Source: Escherichia phage PNJ-9
Reading direction: 5' to 3' (one strand)
Sequence record: PQ100635.1
DNA: 64,000 nucleotides
Shown: piece by piece, positions 42,902 to 51,156 of the stretch
How positions within the stretch are numbered: the stretch's first letter is position 1
How the letters are laid out: each line of letters opens with the position of its first letter
Translations under genes and position numbers: made by a program
Notes under the pieces: generated by a model
What the model was told of the DNA's origin: nothing
The model's input: only the letters and a program-made list of their open reading frames with translations
The model's database searches: none

Positions 42902-43360
42902 ATGACTATCAATTCTGACGTTTTTATCCGCCGTAATAAACTCCGTCGAATCTTTGAAACGGAGTTCCGCAAAATAAATGCCGGTATAAAAGATGCTGCA
43001 AAGTCTCTTGGACTACCAGGCTTTCATATCAAGTATTCTCAACATCTCTTAGATCGTGCTATCCAGAGAGAAATAGATGAGAACTACGTTTTTGAATTAT
43101 TTCGTAAAGTAAAAAATCATGTTAAAGAAGTTGCAGAATTTTTATCAATGCCGGCACGTCCAGATGTTGATGAAGATTTTGTCGAAGGTGTCGAATATCG
43201 CCCAGGCCGTTTAGAAATAACTGATGGAAATCTTTGGTTAGGACTTACAGTTTGTCGCGAAAATCCAGCATTCAAAATGAAGACTCTTCAATGCAGAATG
43301 GCTATTATTAACAATAAACGACTACCAGGAAAAGCTTCTAAAGCAGTGATTAAAATCTAG
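42902..43360 (+). CDS. regB: sequence-specific endoribonuclease RegB
   Basis: 152-aa ORF MTINSDVFIRRNKLRRIFETEFRKINAG...; matches T4 RegB as recalled in length and sequence. Confidence 0.8.
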   Translation: MTINSDVFIRRNKLRRIFETEFRKINAGIKDAAKSLGLPGFHIKYSQHLLDRAIQREIDENYVFELFRKVKNHVKEVAEFLSMPARPDVDEDFVEGVEYRPGRLEITDGNLWLGLTVCRENPAFKMKTLQCRMAIINNKRLPGKASKAVIKI

Positions 43361-43368
43361 AGGTAAAC

Positions 43369-43911
43369 ATGAGAAAAGCACTACTCGCTGGTCTATTTGC
43401 TCTTTCATTATCAGCACATAGCTCCGAGCATACTTTTAGTAATGTCCAACTCGATAACTTGAATTATGCTTATCAGTTTGGGGAACAGTTTTCTAAGGAT
43501 GGAAAATTTAAAACGCATGAAAATATGCATAAGAAAGGACTTGGATACATAATGGCCGCAATACTATGGCAGGAATCATCTGCCGGTATTAATCTTAAAG
43601 ATAAGAAAGGTCACCATGCGTATGGAATGTTCCAAAACTATCTACCAACAATGAGGGCAAGAATTAACCAGCTTGGTTATAATATGACTGATGCCCAAAT
43701 TAAGAAAATGCTATCTAAGCGGTCTAATTCAACCAGATGGGCTTATATCGAATTTTCTTATTGGTTAAATATACATAACGGGGATATAAGAAAAGCTATA
43801 TCCTCATATAATGCGGGATGGAAGACAAGTGCTGGAAGTAAATATGCTTCTGAAGTCCTAGAAAAGGCTAATTACCTTAAATCAAATAAACTACTGGAAA
43901 TAAAAGAATGA
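43369..43911 (+). CDS. secreted lytic-transglycosylase-like (SLT domain) protein
   Basis: 180-aa ORF with N-terminal signal peptide and SLT motifs WQESSAG, GMFQ, YNAGW. Confidence 0.65.
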   Translation: MRKALLAGLFALSLSAHSSEHTFSNVQLDNLNYAYQFGEQFSKDGKFKTHENMHKKGLGYIMAAILWQESSAGINLKDKKGHHAYGMFQNYLPTMRARINQLGYNMTDAQIKKMLSKRSNSTRWAYIEFSYWLNIHNGDIRKAISSYNAGWKTSAGSKYASEVLEKANYLKSNKLLEIKE

Positions 43912-44255
43912 CCAAAGTGTTGGCTTTAATAGTTGGCTTGGTTTCATTTAACGCTCTTGCTAATACTACATATACTGATGTAACGGAGTATACAAATAGA
44001 ACGGCGTCTGATTATTGTGGTAAAAGTCAAGAGTGTAAAGTAGATTTTTCACAAAAATTGTTATATGCGTATAAAGACGGAGAAAAAGATGGGGCGTCTA
44101 GTAGGTTCAAGGCGTCTACCTTAATTAAAAGATACTATAAAAAATGGCAAATATTAGAATGCTCGGTGGCGGAACCTAAAGATAAGGCAGCATGCAATTC
44201 TATGGTGGACCGTCTAGTTGACTCTTATAATAGAGGACTTGCAGCAAGTGATTAA
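43908..44255 (+). CDS. secreted Cys-containing protein
   Basis: 115-aa ORF with signal peptide MTKVLALIVGLVSFNALA and six Cys. Confidence 0.5.
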   Translation: MTKVLALIVGLVSFNALANTTYTDVTEYTNRTASDYCGKSQECKVDFSQKLLYAYKDGEKDGASSRFKASTLIKRYYKKWQILECSVAEPKDKAACNSMVDRLVDSYNRGLAASD

Positions 44256-44715
44256 AAACTATATCAAGGGCGATATTGTCGCCCTGTTTTCTAAAGGTAA
44301 TAATATTGCTCATGGGTGTAATTGTTTTCATACAATGGGCGCTGGTGTGGCAGGACAATTAGCAAAGGCTTATCCAAAAATTTTAGAAGCCGATAAACTT
44401 CAAACCGAATTCGGTGATGAGACTAAACTCGGGACTTATTCGGTTTATGAAAAATATTTTAAGACCCATAAAGCTTATTGCTTTAATCTTTATACACAGT
44501 TTGAGCCGGGACCTAATTTTGAGTACTCTGCTTTAATGAATTGTATAATAGAATTAAATGAATTCGGAAAGAATAAGATAACAAAGCCTGTAATTTATAT
44601 GCCAAGAATTGGTGCAGGTATCGGTGGTGGAAACTGGGATGTCATCGAAGAGATTTTAGATACGTATTCCACTAAACTAGAAATTGTGATTGTTGATTGG
44701 GAACCGTTATTATGA
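44248..44715 (+). CDS. macrodomain protein (TARG1/OARD1-like ADP-ribose hydrolase candidate)
   Basis: Motifs KGDIV...AHGCNCFHTMGAGVA and MPRIGAGIGGGNW resemble the TARG1-type macrodomain signature; no in-frame ATG, so the start is GTG 44248 or TTG 44239/44218. Confidence 0.65.
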   Translation: MIKNYIKGDIVALFSKGNNIAHGCNCFHTMGAGVAGQLAKAYPKILEADKLQTEFGDETKLGTYSVYEKYFKTHKAYCFNLYTQFEPGPNFEYSALMNCIIELNEFGKNKITKPVIYMPRIGAGIGGGNWDVIEEILDTYSTKLEIVIVDWEPLL

Positions 44716-44924
44716 ATATACATTATCCACATCCATATGACCCAAAGAATAAGGTAGTAATTATTCGTCAATGGGAACGCATTTGTCGTACCAAATGTCC
44801 AATTAATAGTCCACATGATGTAGATAAAGACTACATCGGAACATTCGTTGAATATACCTTTATTGATAAGAAAGGTCGTAAACAGCATGTAGAAGAATAC
44901 TGCTTAAAGGTGACATGGTTATGA
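44712..44924 (+). CDS. hypothetical protein
   Basis: 70 aa from ATG 44712 (MNIHYPHPYD...), overlapping the previous stop. Confidence 0.45.
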   Translation: MNIHYPHPYDPKNKVVIIRQWERICRTKCPINSPHDVDKDYIGTFVEYTFIDKKGRKQHVEEYCLKVTWL

Positions 44925-45106
44925 GTTTAAGTAAAGAACAAAAAGACAAACTCTTTTCTCTTATCCACGAAGTTATGGATAAAAATAGTGAATTGGAAAA
45001 AGTTTGTAATGAATGCGGTCCTTTTAGTGCAAACGAGTACGAAGAACTTTCTAAAGAATTCGATAATAAAGAACAAGAACTTATTAATTATATAAATTCC
45101 TTATGA
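44915..45106 (+). CDS. small acidic protein, REQ-family paralogue
   Basis: 63 aa MVMSLSKEQKDKLFSLIHEV... Confidence 0.45.
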   Translation: MVMSLSKEQKDKLFSLIHEVMDKNSELEKVCNECGPFSANEYEELSKEFDNKEQELINYINSL

Positions 45107-45291
45107 TTACTCGCGAACAAAAGAACGAAATATTATTTTTAGTTGGTGAAATTATTAGTTTAGAAAAGGATTTGTCTTTTGAAATATCTTCTGAATATGG
45201 AGATGCCGAAACATATTACGAATTAGTAAAATCTATCGATAAAGCTGAAAATGATTTAAAAACATATTTAGAAAATTTAACTAAGGATTAA
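45103..45291 (+). CDS. small acidic protein, REQ-family paralogue
   Basis: 62 aa MITREQKNEILFLVGEII...; tandem with the previous gene, same architecture. Confidence 0.45.
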   Translation: MITREQKNEILFLVGEIISLEKDLSFEISSEYGDAETYYELVKSIDKAENDLKTYLENLTKD

Positions 45292-45292
45292 A

Positions 45293-45874
45293 ATGGCTAG
45301 TTTAATTTTTACATATGCCGCTATGAACGCTGGTAAGTCTGCTTCATTACTTACAGCCGCACATAACTATAAAGAACGTGGCATGGGTGTATTAGTTCTT
45401 AAACCGGCTATTGATACTCGCGATTCAAAAGGTGAAATAGTCTCTCGTATTGGTATTCGTCAGGACGCCAATATAATTACAAAAGACATGGATATCTTTG
45501 AATTCTATAAATGGGCTGCAGCACAAAAGGATATTCATTGTGTATTTGTTGACGAAGCTCAATTCTTAACTACTGAAAAGGTGTATCAACTTAGTCGTAT
45601 TGTTGACGTATACAATGTGCCGGTAATGGCATATGGACTACGAACAGATTTTAAAGGTAATCTATTTGAAGGTTCTCAAGCATTAATGGCTATTGCCGAT
45701 AAGCTTGTTGAACTTAAAGGTGTCTGTCATTGCGGTAAAAAGGCCACAATGGTAGCTAGAGTCACGGAAGACGGACTTCCAATTACAGATGGCAGTCAAA
45801 TTGAAATTGGTGATACTGATAGATATGTGTCATTATGCCGGAAGCATTGGAATGATTTGACAGGGTTGTTATAA
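45293..45874 (+). CDS. tk: thymidine kinase
   Basis: 193-aa ORF with P-loop AMNAGKS and C-terminal Zn motif CHCGKK...CRKHW; matches T4 Tk as recalled. Confidence 0.9.
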   Translation: MASLIFTYAAMNAGKSASLLTAAHNYKERGMGVLVLKPAIDTRDSKGEIVSRIGIRQDANIITKDMDIFEFYKWAAAQKDIHCVFVDEAQFLTTEKVYQLSRIVDVYNVPVMAYGLRTDFKGNLFEGSQALMAIADKLVELKGVCHCGKKATMVARVTEDGLPITDGSQIEIGDTDRYVSLCRKHWNDLTGLL

Positions 45875-45901
45875 ATACTAATATCTAACCAAGAGGTATA
45901 T

Positions 45902-46114
45902 ATGCAGCAATTAAACGAAAGACAACTTCGTAATCTTACTGTAACCCAACTGGATGAAATCCGAAGAGAATTAGGACATTCTATTTCTCATTTAAACGAG
46001 GATATCCGTCAAACTGGTTCTAAAGCTGATTATACACGCAAGCGCAAGCTGGAAAAATACCTCACAGATGTTAAGGCCGTCCAAAGGCGAAAAATAAATA
46101 CTGGCCAAAATTAA
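45902..46114 (+). CDS. hypothetical basic protein
   Basis: 70-aa ORF immediately upstream of rI. Confidence 0.45.
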   Translation: MQQLNERQLRNLTVTQLDEIRRELGHSISHLNEDIRQTGSKADYTRKRKLEKYLTDVKAVQRRKINTGQN

Positions 46115-46126
46115 CAGGAGGCCTAT

Positions 46127-46429
46127 ATGGCCTTAAGAGCGATAGCTGTCATGGCGATGCTGGGGTTTTTTGCAGCAACAACTCCTATCGTTGGTACTGC
46201 GTACACTGACCCATATTTTGATAACTTTATGGAATCAGGGATTAAAAACGTATATACTTTGTTTGAAATTCAAAATGTCGAGAATTCTGAAAAATTCTAT
46301 AAGTATATGGTAAAGCATTACAAAAATAGCCCCTGTGATGATGCATTTGAATGTCATGAACAAGGCATAAAAACTGCCAGACAATTTGCCGAGTTCATGA
46401 AAATAAAATTAGAGCCTACATCTATCTAA
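46127..46429 (+). CDS. rI: lysis inhibition regulator RI (antiholin)
   Basis: 100-aa ORF MALRAIAVMAMLGFFAATTPIVG...DPYFDNFMESGI...SPCDDAFEC; matches T4 RI as recalled (signal-anchor plus periplasmic domain). Confidence 0.8.
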   Translation: MALRAIAVMAMLGFFAATTPIVGTAYTDPYFDNFMESGIKNVYTLFEIQNVENSEKFYKYMVKHYKNSPCDDAFECHEQGIKTARQFAEFMKIKLEPTSI

Positions 46430-46435
46430 TTTACT

Positions 46436-46464
46436 AGCCCCTTCCTTATGGTTGGGGCTTTTTG
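46436..46464 (+). terminator. rho-independent terminator after rI
   Basis: AGCCCC-ttccttatggtt-GGGGCT followed by TTTTT. Confidence 0.65.
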
Positions 46465-46474
46465 GCATCTATCA

Positions 46475-46526
46475 GTTTACTTCTCCTCAGGTTGTGTTAT
46501 AGTAGTCCTTACTTACTAGAGGAGAA
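46475..46526 (+). promoter_or_regulatory. T4-type early promoter with SD-containing inverted repeat
   Basis: GTTTAC 46475-46480, TATAGT 46498-46503; arms TTCTCCTC (46481-46488) and GAGGAGAA (46519-46526). Confidence 0.5.
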
Positions 46527-46530
46527 CGTT

Positions 46531-46710
46531 ATGTCACGTAAAGAAAAAATTTCTAAGTTAATGTTTTTGATTGAAGAGTACGCTAATGCGGTATCTGATT
46601 GGGAAAATGCTCATGGTTGCGAAGATGGAGACATCGACATTAACAGAGCTATGAAAAAGATGGCCGAAGCCCACTCCGAATTGCAAATGTATGTTAACGA
46701 GATTATGTGA
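46531..46710 (+). CDS. hypothetical small protein
   Basis: 59 aa from ATG 46531 (MSRKEKISKLMF...); the ORF track's upstream extension runs through the promoter and is rejected. Confidence 0.4.
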   Translation: MSRKEKISKLMFLIEEYANAVSDWENAHGCEDGDIDINRAMKKMAEAHSELQMYVNEIM

Positions 46711-46717
46711 GGATATT

Positions 46718-46927
46718 ATGCTTTACGATTATACTGGAAAATCTGAAGACGGTGTACTTGAACTTTTACCTGAAAGCGCTGAAGATGACGATATGACGAC
46801 GGTGATGTTTTGTAAAAATGGTCCTGGGGATAAGGGATGGATTTATCTTCGTCAAGAAAATGACCTAATTGTTTTGGACCCTAAACAAGTTGAAGAACTT
46901 TATCAACATTTAAAACACAATCGGTAG
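46718..46927 (+). CDS. hypothetical small acidic protein
   Basis: 69 aa from ATG 46718 (MLYDYTGKSEDG...). Confidence 0.4.
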   Translation: MLYDYTGKSEDGVLELLPESAEDDDMTTVMFCKNGPGDKGWIYLRQENDLIVLDPKQVEELYQHLKHNR

Positions 46928-47091
46928 TTTACATCTTGGTAGGACTATGTTATAGTAGTCCTATCAAAACAAACGGAGAACAAAATGAAACTTTTGCTTA
47001 TCGCTTATGTTGTAGTACAATACAATTATCCGATGTTTACTTATAACATGGTAAACGGCATAGTGAATCTTATTGAAACGAGTATGGTAAA

Positions 47092-47271
47092 ATGACCCGT
47101 GAACAAGCTAATAAATTGATGGACCTTATCCATGACTTACGTGAAGCTGATTCAGATTTAAATGATGTAGCTTATCATGCAGTAAATGACTGTGGAGACT
47201 TTTATGAAAAACAAGTTGATTCTCGTCAGAATGATTTGGTGAATTTTGTTGAAACTTTAATTGGTGAATAA
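47092..47271 (+). CDS. small acidic protein, REQ-family paralogue
   Basis: 59-aa ORF (below the ORF-track cutoff) MTREQANKLMDLIHDLREAD...; resembles the 44915/45103 pair. Confidence 0.35.
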   Translation: MTREQANKLMDLIHDLREADSDLNDVAYHAVNDCGDFYEKQVDSRQNDLVNFVETLIGE

Positions 47272-47272
47272 T

Positions 47273-47803
47273 ATGAAAACTGTAATTGAAACAACCGAAC
47301 TGTTCGGTGATTTGACTATCGAAAAACGTGGTAATGTATACGTTCTGACTCAGGAAGATGATGGTATTACTATTTGTCCTATGGAACTAGACGAGATTTT
47401 GAAACTCAATCCGCCTGGTCATGCATCGGCAATTAATATTGGTGGAGACCTTCAGGCTCGTTTTTATCATGGGCTTTATAACGGTGCTAATATCGAAACT
47501 GAAGACAAATGCCTTTCTATCGATAACTGGAAAACATTCGTTGCTAAGGTGAAAGAATTCTTGGAATCCGAACCACCTGAAAAGGCTAAACTTAAATGGG
47601 GTATCAGTCGTGGTGCTTACATTATTAATCCAATAGCTCCAAACTATACCACGACTTTGGCAGTCATGAATTCTTATGAAGATGGTGATGTCGTAACTAT
47701 TCGCCAAAATGATGATTTACGTTCACATGTTACTACATTTACCAAAGACGAAGCTGTAGCTCTTAAAGCTTATCTTGATTCTATTATCCCGACTTTGAAA
47801 TAA
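47273..47803 (+). CDS. hypothetical protein
   Basis: 176 aa from ATG 47273 (MKTVIETTELFGDL...). Confidence 0.5.
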   Translation: MKTVIETTELFGDLTIEKRGNVYVLTQEDDGITICPMELDEILKLNPPGHASAINIGGDLQARFYHGLYNGANIETEDKCLSIDNWKTFVAKVKEFLESEPPEKAKLKWGISRGAYIINPIAPNYTTTLAVMNSYEDGDVVTIRQNDDLRSHVTTFTKDEAVALKAYLDSIIPTLK

Positions 47804-47812
47804 GGAATTATT

Positions 47813-48286
47813 ATGATTATCAATGAAAACTCTTGGCACTTTAAAATTTATGCCGCGTTCAATAGTACATGGAATCGCCCTAAAACGTTGTGTGCTTATT
47901 TTTGGAAAACGTTAATCCCGGTATTGTCTGTTTCAATTATCGGATTTGCGATTTTAGCAGCAGTAACAATCATTGGCCAGGAAATTTTAACTAGATTCTT
48001 TGTTTTTAGCAGTCTATGGACATTAGTTCCAGCCTCAATTGGCGTAGGCATTTTAATGGTAGCAGTCATGGCTTTTATTTCTGCCGGGTTGGTAATTGGT
48101 CCGTCTTGGTTGTTAGACAAATATAACGACAGAAAATATTATAAAGAAATTGAGTTCATTGCACAAAACCAAGAACGAATTAAAAATGGACTTGAACCTA
48201 TTGAACGTAAGAAATCATTAATAGGTGAATACATTAAAGCTCGTAAAGAAAAAGTCTGTCCTACTCTTGAATATAAGGCTAAATGA
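47813..48286 (+). CDS. 2-TM membrane protein coupled to the nucleotidyltransferase-like gene
   Basis: 157-aa ORF with two long hydrophobic helices; its stop overlaps the next start (ATGATGA). Confidence 0.5.
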   Translation: MIINENSWHFKIYAAFNSTWNRPKTLCAYFWKTLIPVLSVSIIGFAILAAVTIIGQEILTRFFVFSSLWTLVPASIGVGILMVAVMAFISAGLVIGPSWLLDKYNDRKYYKEIEFIAQNQERIKNGLEPIERKKSLIGEYIKARKEKVCPTLEYKAK

Positions 48287-49272
48287 TGAAAACAATTATG
48301 AAAGGCTACTTTGGTAGCCACCTTTATGGAACGTCTACTCCTGAATCTGACGTCGATTTTAAAGAAATTTATGTCCCTCATGCTCGTGATATCTTGACCG
48401 GTAACGTTAAAGAACACATGAGCAAGAACACGAATAACACATCTTCTAAGAACACAAAAGACGACGTGGACCATGAGTTGTATAGTCTCAAATATTTCTT
48501 TAAACTAGCTGCGGACGGTGAAACAGTCGCATTAGATATGCTTCACACTCCACCAAGTTTAGTAGTTAAATCTGATTTGCCTGATGTATGGAAGTATATT
48601 CAAGATAACAGGTCTCGTTTCTATACCACTAACATGAAATCTTATTTAGGGTATGTCCGTAAGCAAGCTTCTAAATATGGTGTCAAGGGTTCTCGACTAG
48701 CTGTTCTTCGTCAAGCCCTTAAACGTTCTAATGAATGGGGACAATACTTTGATAATGGTGCAGTAATTCGTTTATCACATATGAAGAATGTTCTGCCTGT
48801 AGGTGAATTTGCTTCGTGGGTTGAAACTGAAAACGAGAAAACAGGTAAGCAAACATTCTATAATCTGTTAGACCGTAAATTCCAAGACACGTTAACCAAT
48901 AAAGAGTTCAATGCCATCCTTGTTAAACTGGAAGAGAACTATGGCGAACGTGCTCGTAAGGCAGAAGCTAACGAAGGTATTGACTGGAAAGCATTGAGTC
49001 ATGCATGTCGTGGTGGACTTCAATTATTGGAAATTTACAAAACAGGCGACCTGGTTTACCCACTTCAGGATGCTCCATTTATTCTCGATGTTAAGCTTGG
49101 TAAACATACGTTTAAAACTGTACAAGAATTCCTAGAAGATATCGTTGACCAAGTTGAACATGCGTCAGAACAAGCTGCCAAGAACGGTATGCAACAAAAA
49201 GTAGATATGAGTTTCTGGGATGATTTCCTTGAGCAAGTCTATCTCGAAAATCATAATTCTTACTATAAATAA
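48283..49272 (+). CDS. predicted Pol-beta-superfamily nucleotidyltransferase
   Basis: 329-aa ORF; N-terminal GSHLYGTSTPESDVDF fits the hG[GS]x9-13Dh[DE]h NTase signature. Confidence 0.6.
   Translation: MMKTIMKGYFGSHLYGTSTPESDVDFKEIYVPHARDILTGNVKEHMSKNTNNTSSKNTKDDVDHELYSLKYFFKLAADGETVALDMLHTPPSLVVKSDLPDVWKYIQDNRSRFYTTNMKSYLGYVRKQASKYGVKGSRLAVLRQALKRSNEWGQYFDNGAVIRLSHMKNVLPVGEFASWVETENEKTGKQTFYNLLDRKFQDTLTNKEFNAILVKLEENYGERARKAEANEGIDWKALSHACRGGLQLLEIYKTGDLVYPLQDAPFILDVKLGKHTFKTVQEFLEDIVDQVEHASEQAAKNGMQQKVDMSFWDDFLEQVYLENHNSYYK
49264..49271 (+). promoter_or_regulatory. T4-type late promoter (TATAAATA)
   Basis: Exact TATAAATA overlapping the NTase stop codon, 33 nt upstream of the 49304 ATG. 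Confidence 0.55.
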
Positions 49273-49303
49273 ATAGATAAATAACCATTCACTTGAGGTA
49301 AAT

Positions 49304-49573
49304 ATGAAAAAATTAGTAATTGGTTTATTCGCAGTAATGATTGCGTTCTCTGTTGGTGCAGCCAGCGGTAGTGCAGGAGCTGGTGGTAACCAAACTTCTG
49401 GGCCTTCTAATGGTTCGGTAAATGCATCACATTCTCAGGGTATTGAGAACATTAAATCAAGCTATATTAATAGCACGGCCGGACAAGCAACTGAAGCATG
49501 GTCAAAGGGACGAGTAGTTACTCGCTCCGTATTCTGTGATATGCCTAATTATGTTGCTAAGTGCGATAAGTAA
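49304..49573 (+). CDS. small secreted protein
   Basis: 89-aa ORF with signal peptide MKKLVIGLFAVMIAFSVGAASG and a Gly/Ser/Asn-rich mature region; late promoter upstream, hairpin downstream. Confidence 0.5.
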   Translation: MKKLVIGLFAVMIAFSVGAASGSAGAGGNQTSGPSNGSVNASHSQGIENIKSSYINSTAGQATEAWSKGRVVTRSVFCDMPNYVAKCDK

Positions 49574-49578
49574 ATGTG

Positions 49579-49597
49579 GGGACCTTCGGGTCCCTTT
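49579..49597 (+). terminator. C(UUCG)G hairpin / weak terminator
   Basis: GGGACC-TTCG-GGTCCC followed by TTT; near-copy of the 30877 element including the CCCTTTAGGGGG alternative stem. Confidence 0.5.
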
Positions 49598-49624
49598 AGG
49601 GGGTTAAAATATTTTTAAAAAGTA

Positions 49625-49653
49625 GTGTACATGCTTTTAGGATATGTTATTAT
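49625..49653 (+). promoter_or_regulatory. T4-type early promoter
   Basis: GTGTAC 49625-49630, 17-nt spacer, TATTAT 49648-49653, then TAGACCTATCAAAAC leader. Confidence 0.45.
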
Positions 49654-49691
49654 AGACCTATCAAAACGAAATGAGTAAATTGGAGAATAAA

Positions 49692-50672
49692 ATGTTCAAC
49701 GTTCAAATCAAAAAAGGTATCTATCGTAATAACGAAATCTCTGGTTCTTATGTTGCCACAAAGACCTGGTTCCCAGCAAAGCTTAATCCTGAATGTTCCC
49801 ACTTAGGTGATGGTAAAATTTTCGTTATGATTGATGGTTCTGAACGCGGAGTATGGGTCTTCAAATCAGACATCGTAATGGAAGGAGTTGAGACGTCACC
49901 AGTTGCAGTTGTTGAAAGCACTGAAGATATGAAAACTCGTATCAACAAACGTTTTAAAGTAATGAACATGATGACGAATGGCATTATCGATGGCAAAATT
50001 CGTTCACTCATTATTTCAGGTGCAGCTGGTATTGGTAAGACGTATTCTCTGGATAAAGCACTTAATAATGCTAATGATAACGGTTTCATCAAATACAAAA
50101 GCATTAATGGTAAAATCTCTGGTATTGGCCTTTACGAACAACTTTGGCTCAACCGTGATGCGGACAGCGTTCTCTTAATCGACGACGTTGACGTATTCTC
50201 AGATATGGACATCTTGAACCTTCTTAAAGCAGCATTAGATACTGGAGATAAACGCAAAGTTTGCTGGAGCACTGCGTCATCTTATCTCGATGATAAGGGT
50301 ATTGATAAAGAATTTGAGTTTGAAGGTACTATCGTTTTCATTACAAACGTTGATATCGATAAAGAGTTAGAACGCGGTTCGAAACTTGCCCCACACCTTC
50401 AAGCTTTAGTATCTCGTTCAGTGTATCTCGACCTTGGAGTACACTCTAATGAAGAGATTATGGTTCGAGTTGAAGATGTAATATTATCTACTGACATGAT
50501 GCAGAAACGTGGTCTGACAGATGCAGAAACGTATAAAGCCTTGTCCTGGATGAAGGCTAACGTATCTCGTCTTCGCAATGTATCATTACGTACGGCTCTT
50601 TACGTAGCAGATTTTATTTCAACTGATAAAGATGGTTGGGAAGAAATCTCGGAAGTTACTTTACTGAAATAA
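49692..50672 (+). CDS. AAA+ family ATPase
   Basis: 326 aa from ATG 49692 (SD GGAG); Walker A GAAGIGKT, Walker B VLLIDDVD. Confidence 0.65.
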   Translation: MFNVQIKKGIYRNNEISGSYVATKTWFPAKLNPECSHLGDGKIFVMIDGSERGVWVFKSDIVMEGVETSPVAVVESTEDMKTRINKRFKVMNMMTNGIIDGKIRSLIISGAAGIGKTYSLDKALNNANDNGFIKYKSINGKISGIGLYEQLWLNRDADSVLLIDDVDVFSDMDILNLLKAALDTGDKRKVCWSTASSYLDDKGIDKEFEFEGTIVFITNVDIDKELERGSKLAPHLQALVSRSVYLDLGVHSNEEIMVRVEDVILSTDMMQKRGLTDAETYKALSWMKANVSRLRNVSLRTALYVADFISTDKDGWEEISEVTLLK

Positions 50673-50810
50673 GCTTATAGGAAGTTCTGAGGTAACAAAA
50701 GCCATAAAGATGAATAATCATATGGCTTACCTCAAAGAAGGACACCAGGAACCTACTGAGGGCATAGAAATATTTAAAAATAATGATGTACAAATCAAAG
50801 AGGATATGTT

Positions 50811-51098
50811 ATGGATTTTATGCAAAAAATTAAAGCCGCAGTAGAACTCTATGCTCATCGTATGGTTAGTTCTACGATGCAATATAGCGAGGAGGTTCGC
50901 CAGGACTCTTCCTTGAAAGGAAAAACTAAAGCCTTAATTACCTTAGACCGTCTACAAAAGAATGCCCTAGAGTTGTTCCAGTACGACAAGGATGCATATA
51001 AGAAAGAACAGGAAGAGAAACTTAAATCCGAAAAATTACAGAAAATTCCGAAGTCGGTTTGGTTCAGTGGAAAAAATACCGAAAAAAGTTTCTTTTAG
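50811..51098 (+). CDS. hypothetical coiled-coil protein
   Basis: 95-aa ORF, Lys/Glu-rich helix. Confidence 0.45.
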   Translation: MDFMQKIKAAVELYAHRMVSSTMQYSEEVRQDSSLKGKTKALITLDRLQKNALELFQYDKDAYKKEQEEKLKSEKLQKIPKSVWFSGKNTEKSFF

Positions 51099-51100
51099 TT

Positions 51101-51129
51101 GTTTACAAGGTCTATGGTTGTGTTATTAT
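51101..51129 (+). promoter_or_regulatory. T4-type early promoter
   Basis: GTTTAC 51101-51106, 17-nt spacer, TATTAT 51124-51129; GGTCTA/TAGACC arms. Confidence 0.5.
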
Positions 51130-51156
51130 AGACCTATCAACTACTGGAGGTAAAAC

